NCBI GenBank assembly: GCA_024693065.1
Contig: JAILLP010000030.1
Location: 56,722-120,721, forward strand
DNA: 64,000 nt
Direction of reading: 5' to 3'
From: Paludibacteraceae bacterium
GTDB lineage: Bacteria; Bacteroidota; Bacteroidia; Bacteroidales; Paludibacteraceae
Shown here in pieces: positions 17,921 through 26,818 of this stretch. The notes beneath the pieces were generated by a model. The model saw nothing but the letters and a program-made list of their open reading frames with translations, did not search any database and was not told the origin of the DNA. A program made the translations under genes and the position numbers. Each line of letters starts with the position of its first letter. The stretch's first letter is position 1.

Positions 17921-18051
17921 ACGTCTCCTTTCCTCCGTTTGAACGACCAATGTTTGGGTAGAATAGGGAAGATGAACGCTAATAGTGCGTTTCTCCCTAG
18001 TTTTTCCGCACAAATATCACGCTACACCACAAAACTTCTATTTGTTTTCAC

Positions 18052-18059
18052 TAACTTTG
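18052..18059 (+). promoter_or_regulatory. Candidate -7 box (TAACTTTG) for valS
   Basis: TAnnTTTG match 38 nt upstream of the valS ATG. Confidence 0.45.
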
Positions 18060-18097
18060 CACCCTAAAATATTCGGAATTAATTTGTAACAAAAAAT

Positions 18098-20779
18098 ATG
18101 GAAGAACTGGCAAGCAAGTACAACCCTGCCGACGTGGAGTCGAAGTGGTACCAATACTGGTTGGATAACGGCTTCTTCAAATCGAAGCCCGATGGTCGCG
18201 AACCCTATACAATCGTTATTCCTCCGCCGAACGTGACGGGCGTGTTGCACATGGGTCACATGCTGAACAACACCATCCAAGATATCCTTGTACGCCGTGC
18301 CCGCATGATGGGCAAGAACGCTTGCTGGGTGCCTGGTACCGACCACGCCTCCATCGCCACGGAGGCTAAGGTGGTGAACAAACTGGCGCAGGAGGGCATC
18401 AAGAAGACGGACCTCACCCGAGAGCAGTTCCTGGAGCACGCTTGGGAGTGGACCCGCAAACACGGTGGCATCATCCTCGAGCAACTGAAGAAACTGGGCG
18501 CTTCCTGCGATTGGGACCGTACGGGCTTCACCATGGACGAGAAACGTAGCGAGAGCGTCATCAAGGTTTTCTGCGACCTCTACAACAAAGGTCTCATCTA
18601 TCGTGGCGTGCGCATGGTCAACTGGGACCCGAAGGCTCTGACCGCCCTTTCGGACGAGGAGGTGATCTATAAGGAGGAGCACAGCAAACTCTACTATCTA
18701 AAGTATTACGTCGCAGACGACGACCTGAAGGGTGAAACCGGTGCGGAAGGCGAAGTCGTACACCGTGATGCGAAGGGACGCTACGCAGTGGTGGCTACCA
18801 CCCGTCCTGAGACCATCATGGGTGATACCGCCATGTGCATCAATCCGAAAGACCCGAAGAACCGTTGGCTCTCCGGCAAGAAGGTAATCGTGCCATTGGT
18901 GAACCGTGTCATCCCTGTCATCGAGGACGAATACGTGGACATCGAGTTCGGTACGGGTTGCTTGAAGGTGACGCCTGCCCACGACGTGAACGACTACATG
19001 TTGGGCGAGAAATATAACCTCCAAACGATAGATATCTTCAACGACAACGGTACCCTCAGCGAGGCGGCCGGCATGTACATCGGGCAAGACCGTTTCGACG
19101 TCAGAAAACAAATCGAGAAGGATTTGGCCGCGGCTGGTCTGTTGGAGAAGACGGAAGACTACACCAACAAGGTGGGCTACTCGGAAAGAACCAACGTAGT
19201 CATCGAGCCTAAGCTCTCCATGCAGTGGTTCCTCAAGATGGAGCACTTGGCGAAGATCGCCTTGGAGCCAGTGATGAAGGATGAACTGAAGTTCTATCCA
19301 GCTAAATACAAGAATACTTACCGCAACTGGTTGGAGAACATCAAGGACTGGTGTATCAGCCGTCAATTGTGGTGGGGACACCGCATCCCGGCCTACTTCT
19401 TGCCTGAAGGCGGTTATGTGGTGGCCGAGAACGAAGAGAAGGCTCTGGAATTGGCTAAGAAAAAGAGTGGCAACAACAACCTGACCATCCAAGACCTTCG
19501 TCAAGACGAGGATTGCTTGGACACTTGGTTCTCTTCTTGGTTGTGGCCAATCTCCCTCTTCGACGGTATCAACAATCCAGGCAATGAGGAGATTAAATAC
19601 TATTACCCTACCAGCGATTTGGTGACCGGTCCGGACATCATCTTCTTCTGGGTGGCGCGTATGATCATGGCGGGCTACGAGTATGAGGGCGACATGCCTT
19701 TCCGCAACGTCTACTTCACGGGTATCGTGCGTGACAAGTTGGGCAGGAAGATGTCCAAGTCATTGGGTAACTCACCTGATCCGCTCGACCTGATCGACCG
19801 CTTCGGTGCTGACGGTGTGCGTATGGGTATGATGCTTTCCGCACAGCCTGGTAACGACATCCTCTTCGATGAGGCTTTGTGCGAGCAAGGGCGTAACTTT
19901 AACAACAAGATCTGGAACGCTTTCCGCCTCGTGAAGGGCTGGGAGGTGAAGGCGGACTTGGAGCAACCTGAGTCCGCACAAAAGGCGGTTAAATGGTTCA
20001 AGCACCAATTGAACAAGACCATCACGGAGATCAACGACTGCTTCAGCAAATATAGGGTGAGCGAGGCGTTGATGGCCGTTTACAAACTCTTCTGGGACGA
20101 GTTCTCTTCCTGGTACTTGGAGATGGTGAAACCAGCCTACCAACAACCGATCGACAAGACAACCTATGATGCAACTTTGGAGTACTTCGAGACGTTGCTG
20201 AAACTTCTCCACCCATTCATGCCTTTCATCACGGAGGAGCTTTACCAAAATATCAAGGAGCGTGACAAGAAAGACAGTATCATGGTCAGCTTGCTTCCTA
20301 ACGCGGAGGAGTTCTGCGAGAAGAACATCAACCGCATGGAGACCACCAAGGGAATCATCGCGGGCATCCGTAACGTGAGGGCTAGCAAGGGCATCAGTCC
20401 GAAGGAGGCGTTCGAGATATACCACAAGGGAGAAGGCTTCGACGACAAGAACAACGCTATCATCCAGAAGCTCGCCAACGTCAGCAAGATTTCTGAGACG
20501 ACCGACGAAATCAGCGGCACAGCGGCCACCTTCATGGTCGGCACCATCGAGATCTCCATCCCATTGGGCAACAACGTCAATGTGGAGGAGGAGATCAAGA
20601 AGATGGAAGAGGAGATCAAGTACTTGGAAGGATTCCTCGCCGGTGTGGAGAAGAAATTGAGCAACGAGAAGTTCGTGGCCAACGCCAAGCCTGAAATCGT
20701 AGAGAAAGAGCGTAAGAAGAAGTCTGATGCGGAGAGCAAGATCGCCACGCTGAAAGAGAACATCGCAAAGTTGAAATAA
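18098..20779 (+). CDS. valS: Valine--tRNA ligase
   Basis: 893 aa. [13 protein letters not shown] (HIGH), KMSKS, and a C-terminal coiled coil. Confidence 0.97.
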   Translation: MEELASKYNPADVESKWYQYWLDNGFFKSKPDGREPYTIVIPPPNVTGVLHMGHMLNNTIQDILVRRARMMGKNACWVPGTDHASIATEAKVVNKLAQEGIKKTDLTREQFLEHAWEWTRKHGGIILEQLKKLGASCDWDRTGFTMDEKRSESVIKVFCDLYNKGLIYRGVRMVNWDPKALTALSDEEVIYKEEHSKLYYLKYYVADDDLKGETGAEGEVVHRDAKGRYAVVATTRPETIMGDTAMCINPKDPKNRWLSGKKVIVPLVNRVIPVIEDEYVDIEFGTGCLKVTPAHDVNDYMLGEKYNLQTIDIFNDNGTLSEAAGMYIGQDRFDVRKQIEKDLAAAGLLEKTEDYTNKVGYSERTNVVIEPKLSMQWFLKMEHLAKIALEPVMKDELKFYPAKYKNTYRNWLENIKDWCISRQLWWGHRIPAYFLPEGGYVVAENEEKALELAKKKSGNNNLTIQDLRQDEDCLDTWFSSWLWPISLFDGINNPGNEEIKYYYPTSDLVTGPDIIFFWVARMIMAGYEYEGDMPFRNVYFTGIVRDKLGRKMSKSLGNSPDPLDLIDRFGADGVRMGMMLSAQPGNDILFDEALCEQGRNFNNKIWNAFRLVKGWEVKADLEQPESAQKAVKWFKHQLNKTITEINDCFSKYRVSEALMAVYKLFWDEFSSWYLEMVKPAYQQPIDKTTYDATLEYFETLLKLLHPFMPFITEELYQNIKERDKKDSIMVSLLPNAEEFCEKNINRMETTKGIIAGIRNVRASKGISPKEAFEIYHKGEGFDDKNNAIIQKLANVSKISETTDEISGTAATFMVGTIEISIPLGNNVNVEEEIKKMEEEIKYLEGFLAGVEKKLSNEKFVANAKPEIVEKERKKKSDAESKIATLKENIAKLK

Positions 20780-20800
20780 CACAGCGTTATCATACGAAAA

Positions 20801-20831
20801 GCCCCGTCACAATCATGCGACGGGGCTTTTT
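20801..20831. terminator. Bidirectional rho-independent terminator between valS and the convergent T9SS cargo gene
   Basis: GCCCCGTC (20801-20808) pairs with GACGGGGC (20819-20826). Flanked by AAAA upstream and TTTTT downstream. Confidence 0.7.
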
Positions 20832-20855
20832 ATGTCTTTGACTGAACCTTCTAAA

Positions 20856-21806
20856 TTACTTTGAACCAGTCAATAAAATTCTTTCCACATGACTCTCTCC
20901 ATTCACGGCTATCGTCACTAAATAAACTCCCGGTTGAAGGTTCGAAACTGGAATCAAGCCATTGGCAGTGCTACCGGAGACCTTCGCTTTGCCTGTGAGG
21001 TCTGAGATGCTATAAGAGAATTCTCCCCCCGCATTCTGGACAAGAAGGAATCCGTCCTTCTCGAAGAAAGAAGGGTTGCCCGCCTTATTCGATGAGAGAA
21101 GACCAGTCACCTCGGATTGCTCCATTTCAATGGAGATGTCATCAATGGCAAAATCGAAGCCATTTGCCTTTGGATTTTGCATTCCCACGATGAAATAAGC
21201 GAAATCCATATCCGAATTCAGAGTGAACTCGATGGACATTTTTTGCCAATTCAAAGAGGTTGCGTCAGCATCATGTTCGTCAGAGGGAATCGTCATCATG
21301 GCATATGTATATTCGGCAACCCGTATTTTCGGTTCAGGACCATTATAGACGCCAAGAAACAATACAGGAGGAACCTCTGATGCACTAATATCATCCGGCC
21401 GAGTTAGGTTGGCTACATATGCCGTGAAACGAAGCTTCGTACCCTCATATAGATTCTCCAACTTTACTCTATATACGGGCACCGCCCCATCTCGACTGTC
21501 GGGATTGACGGCCATGAAATAGCCGACCTCCTTGTTGTCAGGGAATGTGTGATCTCCTCCATTGTACCATAAATGATCAGCTTCGTCCCAATATTTCGTG
21601 ATGAGATACCCGTTCATGAGTTGGGCATCATACTCGAGATCATTACACTTCTCGTCCTGACTCAACTCGGGACCTAAATGAGGATCCGAAGCGGAGTTGC
21701 CTCCGAAATCGTTGTAATAAACTCTTTCCCACACGCCTGCACTAGCATAAAAAGCAGGAAGTGAAGCAATTAGCAACACTGATAAAGCGTAAAATCTTCT
21801 TTTCAT
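20856..21806 (-). CDS. Secreted MAM/CBM-like jelly-roll protein with a type A T9SS CTD
   Basis: Signal peptide. The ~230-aa N-terminal domain is paralogous to that of 22490-25195 (WxRVYYNDxGGNS...GGDHTFPD...GYF...RFTAxVAN...FAIDDISIE). C-terminal ...PGVYLVTIAVNGESHVERILL is CTD-like. Confidence 0.65.
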   Translation of the reverse strand: MKRRFYALSVLLIASLPAFYASAGVWERVYYNDFGGNSASDPHLGPELSQDEKCNDLEYDAQLMNGYLITKYWDEADHLWYNGGDHTFPDNKEVGYFMAVNPDSRDGAVPVYRVKLENLYEGTKLRFTAYVANLTRPDDISASEVPPVLFLGVYNGPEPKIRVAEYTYAMMTIPSDEHDADATSLNWQKMSIEFTLNSDMDFAYFIVGMQNPKANGFDFAIDDISIEMEQSEVTGLLSSNKAGNPSFFEKDGFLLVQNAGGEFSYSISDLTGKAKVSGSTANGLIPVSNLQPGVYLVTIAVNGESHVERILLTGSK

Positions 21807-21985
21807 AACATAAATGATTTTAAACCCATATTATATATTACTAATCCACAACAGGATTATTCTAACAAACTCTTACAAAGTCACCCTAAAAGCGAAAGAG
21901 AATCCAAACACAAGCAGACCAGGAAGTATTGGGAAAAAGAGCACATTCGAATCAATGTGCTCTTTGCCGTATCAAAAAATACCCT

Positions 21986-22435
21986 TTATTTTTTCTTGAA
22001 TAACTTACCCAACGTGCCAGCGATATAGCCCAACTTGCTAGCCGTAGAGTTGCCTGAAGCCGCACCCAAAGAAGAGAGGATAGATGAAAGATCCAAGCCT
22101 CCCGCTTTTTTAGATAACACAGCTGACACAAGACCACCGATGATGGTTGGAATCAAGCTTGTAGCTGAAGAGGTTGCGGAAGAGGAGAGACCCAATTTGC
22201 TGGCGAACTGCGACGTGAAAATCTGGGAAGCCAATGCTGTCACTGAACTGTTGGCCGCAGATGTTTTTCCCGTGAACAAAGCCATCAATTGTTCTATTCC
22301 GCCCGTTGATTTGGCGGTTTGCTTTAGACTGTTGACAATAGAGTCCGACAACCCATTTAAGACATTGTTGCCCAAGTTGCTTCCAGAAGCGGCGGATGCA
22401 ACTTGCTTCAAAATCAAATCCGATAATTGAGACAT
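21986..22435 (-). CDS. Small Ser/Ala/Gly/Leu-rich protein, possibly DUF937 (YidB-like)
   Basis: 149 aa with no signal peptide. GGIEQLMALF and FASKLGLSSSATSSATSLIPTIIGGL loosely resemble E. coli YidB segments as I remember them. Low-complexity sequence, so homology is uncertain. Confidence 0.4.
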   Translation of the reverse strand: MSQLSDLILKQVASAASGSNLGNNVLNGLSDSIVNSLKQTAKSTGGIEQLMALFTGKTSAANSSVTALASQIFTSQFASKLGLSSSATSSATSLIPTIIGGLVSAVLSKKAGGLDLSSILSSLGAASGNSTASKLGYIAGTLGKLFKKK

Positions 22436-22489
22436 AACACTAAATTATTATATGAAAAGTTAACAGTTCAAATATCGTAATCGGATGGA

Positions 22490-25195
22490 TCAACGTATTA
22501 ATGTGAAATGACCCATAATCTGTCTGTCAGACTCCGGAAGGTTGATCACGTACCAATAGTCTGTGGCAGGAAGAGGCTTGCCTAGGTATTTGCCGTCCCA
22601 ACCATTCTCGTTGTCATACGAATTGATATTCGCAAGCATTCGACCCGAACGGTCATAAATCTTGACGTTACATCTAGGATAGACGTCGATGTTCTCGATT
22701 GTCCATCTGTCGTTCAGACCATCGTTGTTTGGCGTGAAATATTCCGCTGGAGTGACAGGAACTGGTGTGATGTCGAAGTAGGCCGCATCGGAGCATTCGT
22801 TATCGTCCATCGCTACCAGCTTGTGCGTTCCGATAGGTGAATCGCGCAACTCTCCGGATGGGGAGGTGCTGATTTCGTTCTTGTCCAAAAGGATCTTGTA
22901 TGGTTCTGTACCACCCGTGACGGTATACGTCACCAGATTCTCTTTCTGGTCGATCGAATCAACCGACAATATTGGAGCCTCCTTTACGTATACATGGATC
23001 GTATCCGTGGAAACGCATGTTGACGTCGCATCGATCACACGCTCTGCCCTTACGACACAGTCCAAGTCGCCTGTTGGCGTGAACACTTTCTTCGTCGTGC
23101 TGGAACCTCCGAAGTCAGGTTGCCATGTGTATGGAACGTTTTTAGGCTTCAACTCTTTGATGTAGATCTCAACCTCCTCGCCCCTACATACGGTGTTCCT
23201 ATCAGATTTGATTTCCAGTTTCAATTGGATTTGCAAGACGGTCAAACTGAACCATACGATACTATCACAACCTGTGACAGAGGTGTAGGTCTTAGGATCA
23301 CGAACCAAAATCGGTGTTGTGGTCGGATTCGGGTATACCACGCCGAACAGTTTGGAGTCGTAGCAAATCAGCGTGTCGATAGGATTGTCTTGGTTGTCGT
23401 AACGATCCAAAATCGTCAGCCTCAATTGCACGACACTATCGCAACCAGTGGAACTGTTTGAGTATACGTCGTCTATCGTGTATACGCCTGGGTCCGTATA
23501 TGTGACGCCGTCGTGCACATAGGATTCTCCGTAACAGATTGTCACTGGATCCAGATATGTATAGGTTTTTCCCGTGACATAGATGGTATATCCGACTATA
23601 CTGTCACATCCGCAACTGGTCTTGAAGTTCTGGGAATCGTAGAATGGACCTCCTGTCTCACCATAAACTTTCCCGTTGAATGTCTCACCCTGACAGAGGT
23701 AAACCGTCTCCGTCATATCATACGAAGGGTTGACTGTTACCTCGTAGAAATAACTGATACAAGTGTTGTCCGGGTCGCTGCCTGTCTCTGGGTATACACC
23801 TGGGGTGTCATATGTCTTACCATACGCTTCGCCACCTTGACAGATGACCGGGTCTGGTCTGGTCACCACCTTCGGTCCGGAGACGGATATCGTCCAACTT
23901 TCGGTTGAGTCGATGCATCCTTCTGCACCTACATATTGCTTGGTGTATGGAATGTCCTCTTCGTTTGCGAATGTTTGTCCGACGTACTCTTGCGCACGTC
24001 CCGTATATACCTCGTTCTTACAGATGTATTCGTCGTCCAAAGTTATCTTCTTCGGGTCTTTGACCGTGATGTAATAGTAGATGTTGTTATTCGGATTTTT
24101 CTTGATGTCTCCAGTTTGGAGATTGTTCGCATCCAATACCATGCCATCTTCCATCACCTTTGTTTCTCCGGCGCATAAAACGACCTTCTTGTTGTCGTTT
24201 GTCTCGTTGATTTGGATCTCTTTTGTCAAAGAACAAACCTCAGAGTCCATGTTTCCACTCTCGCCGATTCTCACACGGTAGTATCCGTTGTGTGTGGATT
24301 TGTCGAATGAGTTGATCGTGTATGAGAAGTCCTTGTCGTCACTGTATTTTCCACTCCCTAATAGGGTGTAGTTGTTACCGTTGTCGCTATATTCCCACTT
24401 GTACTCGACGCTGTTCATGTCCGAGAAGAATCCGTTGTTGTCGAAGCTTGCGCTTAGCGTCAATGGATCCCCGTAGTAGATGTCGTTGTGGGAAATCGTA
24501 ACCTTAGGTTGCTCCACTTCGATGCTGATGTCATCAATGGCGAAATCCCAGCCGTTTGACTCCGGTTGAACCATCGTCACGATGAAGTAGGCATAGTTCC
24601 TGTCCGAGTTCAATGTGAACTCGATGGAAAGTTTGTTCCAATCCAAAGCTTGCGCATCGTTGCTGTGGTTTGATGCTGGTATTGTCAACTTTTTATAAGC
24701 TTGGTCGGAAACTTTCACTGTCGGTGTTTCTCCTTCATATACGCCGACACCTAAAACTGGTTGGAATCCTGCAGTGGATGAGGTGGCTTTTGTCATGTTG
24801 GCCACCCATGCCGTGAAACGGAACTTCACACCTCGGCAAAGTCCATCCAAACGAGTCTTGTATGCGACTATCTCATCGTTTCTGTTGTCTGGATTTATGA
24901 TCAGGAAATACCCCGTCTCCCTGTCGTCCGGGAATGTGTGGTCTCCTCCGTTATACCACTCTGCGTTGTTGTCCCAGTGCTTTGTGAGCACATATCCCCA
25001 CTGAAGCGAGGGGTCGTATTCGAGTGACTGATGTGTTTCCCCTGCATCCAATTCAGGACCTATCAGTGCATCCGTTCTCGAGTTGCCTCCGTAATCGTTG
25101 TAATATACGCGTTTCCAAAATCCTTCAGCACCAGCGTCTGTTACCGAAAAAAGTGCAACCGTTATCAAAAATAGTATGTAAAGTTTTCTCCTCAT
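22490..25195 (-). CDS. Large secreted protein: MAM/CBM-like N-domain, Cys-containing repeats, type B T9SS (gliding-motility-associated) CTD
   Basis: Start placed at the ATG at 25195 (MRRKLYILFLITVALFSV signal peptide). Central repeats carry recurring GCDS(I/V)V...L.V. C-terminal FTPNNDGLNDRWTIENIDVYP..VKIYDRSGRML...WDGKY.GKPLPATDYWYVI...GHFTLIR is the type B CTD signature. Confidence 0.75.
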   Translation of the reverse strand: MRRKLYILFLITVALFSVTDAGAEGFWKRVYYNDYGGNSRTDALIGPELDAGETHQSLEYDPSLQWGYVLTKHWDNNAEWYNGGDHTFPDDRETGYFLIINPDNRNDEIVAYKTRLDGLCRGVKFRFTAWVANMTKATSSTAGFQPVLGVGVYEGETPTVKVSDQAYKKLTIPASNHSNDAQALDWNKLSIEFTLNSDRNYAYFIVTMVQPESNGWDFAIDDISIEVEQPKVTISHNDIYYGDPLTLSASFDNNGFFSDMNSVEYKWEYSDNGNNYTLLGSGKYSDDKDFSYTINSFDKSTHNGYYRVRIGESGNMDSEVCSLTKEIQINETNDNKKVVLCAGETKVMEDGMVLDANNLQTGDIKKNPNNNIYYYITVKDPKKITLDDEYICKNEVYTGRAQEYVGQTFANEEDIPYTKQYVGAEGCIDSTESWTISVSGPKVVTRPDPVICQGGEAYGKTYDTPGVYPETGSDPDNTCISYFYEVTVNPSYDMTETVYLCQGETFNGKVYGETGGPFYDSQNFKTSCGCDSIVGYTIYVTGKTYTYLDPVTICYGESYVHDGVTYTDPGVYTIDDVYSNSSTGCDSVVQLRLTILDRYDNQDNPIDTLICYDSKLFGVVYPNPTTTPILVRDPKTYTSVTGCDSIVWFSLTVLQIQLKLEIKSDRNTVCRGEEVEIYIKELKPKNVPYTWQPDFGGSSTTKKVFTPTGDLDCVVRAERVIDATSTCVSTDTIHVYVKEAPILSVDSIDQKENLVTYTVTGGTEPYKILLDKNEISTSPSGELRDSPIGTHKLVAMDDNECSDAAYFDITPVPVTPAEYFTPNNDGLNDRWTIENIDVYPRCNVKIYDRSGRMLANINSYDNENGWDGKYLGKPLPATDYWYVINLPESDRQIMGHFTLIR

Positions 25196-25240
25196 AATAC
25201 AACATTCTACATCGTGATCGTACATAAATATACTATATCT

Positions 25241-25248
25241 CAAAAGTA
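25241..25248 (-). promoter_or_regulatory. Candidate -7 box (TACTTTTG) for the type B CTD gene
   Basis: The minus strand reads TACTTTTG, about 45 nt upstream of the ATG at 25195. Confidence 0.35.
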
Positions 25249-25664
25249 TGTAGTTCACCATCAACACTTTCTAGCAATAGAGCACATTTCTGGTTCGCCA
25301 TACGCAAATATGCTAAAAAAAAAATTAATAATGAAATGTTTGTTGAAAAAATTGTTAGCATTTTTATGTTTTGTCAGTTTTTGTTCTTTTTTGGATATAT
25401 CTCAATCGTAATTGTATAATACATGTGCATATTTTGGGGTGCTTTCTGTCTCCCAATGCCTTCGGATGGATGATGAATCTGTTTTCAGGAAATTTCGCCA
25501 AATCTTTTTCGGCTTGATGTGAATCATAGTATCCCTTTGTTGTGCTTGATGGTCTAAAGTGTTGATTCTTAATGTTTTTAGTTTGCTGATTTTATTGATG
25601 GGGGTGGTGCGGTCCCTTGGGTGGTAGTTGGGGATTATTTGTGTGTTGGGTGTGGATTTTGTGC

Positions 25665-25699
25665 AAAAAAAGCCGCAACTTGATGAGTTGCGGCTTTTT
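25665..25699 (-). terminator. Rho-independent terminator of the MptD-like gene
   Basis: GCCGCAACT (25672-25680) pairs with AGTTGCGGC (25686-25694). The A7 run 25665-25671 gives a T-run on the minus strand. Lies 6 nt after the stop at 25706. Confidence 0.65.
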
Positions 25700-25705
25700 G
25701 CTGTG

Positions 25706-26278
25706 TCAATCTTTCTTCAGACCTTCTGTCTGGGCTTCCAATGCACGTTCCGCGATGCGCATCGCGAAGATGGCGACGGGTATTGTCAATAGCAACACGA
25801 CGATCAGCATGGGCACGTTGTCGATCACGGGTTTCATCAGTTCGTCGTATCCTGCGGGCATCTCCTCGACAGCGGCCGCCAACGATCCTTCCGTGTCGGT
25901 CCACCAGTGTGCGGTGTAAGCGAAAAACGAGTAGGCGAACGGTAGAAAGCTCCAACGAATGCCTTTGATGGTGTCATATCCGTAGTGGCCTCGGATGATT
26001 TCAGCGAGTGCCGTCAGGATGACGAAGCCTATGATGAGGGCGATGTCCGCCTCTCCCGCCAGCAGGAAAAGGAGTAGGAGGATTCCGTTCAGGATGACCG
26101 CTGCGCCGAACTTGCGGATGAGGGTCGATGTGTAAAGGTAAATGAACGCTGAGATGAGTGGCAGAATTGCCCCGACGTAGGCGTAGCACCTCGGATGAAT
26201 CATCCCGCTTGCGGCGCCCATCACAAACATGGCAAGGTAGGCGATTGCCATGAGAAGAATCTTGATTGATGGTTTCAT
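25706..26278 (-). CDS. Small integral membrane protein, possibly an MptD-family ECF-transporter S component
   Basis: 190 aa with about 6 hydrophobic helices. Length and layout resemble the MptD/Trep_Strep family as I remember it. No diagnostic motif was checked. Confidence 0.45.
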   Translation of the reverse strand: MKPSIKILLMAIAYLAMFVMGAASGMIHPRCYAYVGAILPLISAFIYLYTSTLIRKFGAAVILNGILLLLFLLAGEADIALIIGFVILTALAEIIRGHYGYDTIKGIRWSFLPFAYSFFAYTAHWWTDTEGSLAAAVEEMPAGYDELMKPVIDNVPMLIVVLLLTIPVAIFAMRIAERALEAQTEGLKKD

Positions 26279-26608
26279 GTTAATTTTCTATTAATGGTTA
26301 TTACTGGATCTCTCAATGCTTAGATAACGGTTGCAAATTTCCTCCATTCAGGTCTTTGCCGCAATCCCTAGAAAAGGTGGTTTTTAGGACGGAATGGTTT
26401 GAATTGGCTATGGGGATTTGTCCGAAGGAGGTGTGACGGCATGCCGTTTGCCTTTATACACCTAATTAAATTAAAGGGGACGGGTGGTGACCTTCGTGTT
26501 CGTGAATCTTGTGGATTTGCGATGCCCCAATGATGGGTGAAACGTAAATCATTGGAAAAAAATCTATCCGATATTCATCTTATGTCATTTTTTTTCCATC
26601 AAATATTT

Positions 26609-26616
26609 TATCTTTG
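26609..26616 (+). promoter_or_regulatory. Candidate -7 box (TATCTTTG) for the giant gene, implying a ~200-nt leader
   Basis: TAnnTTTG match. The first in-frame ATGs are at 26819 and 26831. Confidence 0.4.
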
Positions 26617-26818
26617 TAGTCGGAAACCATATCGCAAGACAACAAAGGGGATAGTTTGTTCGTGGTAAGGATGGATTGCCTTCTGATTGAAGTTGTTGGT
26701 CTGAAGGCTTTTGGCGTCTGTCGCATTCCTAAGACGTCAGCGCTGATTAAAGCTTATTTATGAAAAACGGCGGGTCCGTTTGACATACTTTTTGTGGTGG
26801 AATAATGTGAATAAGTAT

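Noticed and set aside
26279-26500. Possible riboswitch upstream of the putative ECF S-component gene (TPP-like fragments GACCTGAATGG and TGAGAGATCC on the minus strand).
   Set aside because: The fragments are in the wrong order relative to the THI-box consensus, and no convincing stems flank them. I also saw no cobalamin, FMN or preQ1 core.
26780-26818. TTG start for the giant ORF, and the analogous extensions 25196-25267, 41330-41395, 58674-58763 and 58764-58808.
   Set aside because: In each case a downstream ATG immediately precedes a proper signal peptide or the conserved family N-terminus. The extensions lack features and in some cases run over the predicted promoter box.
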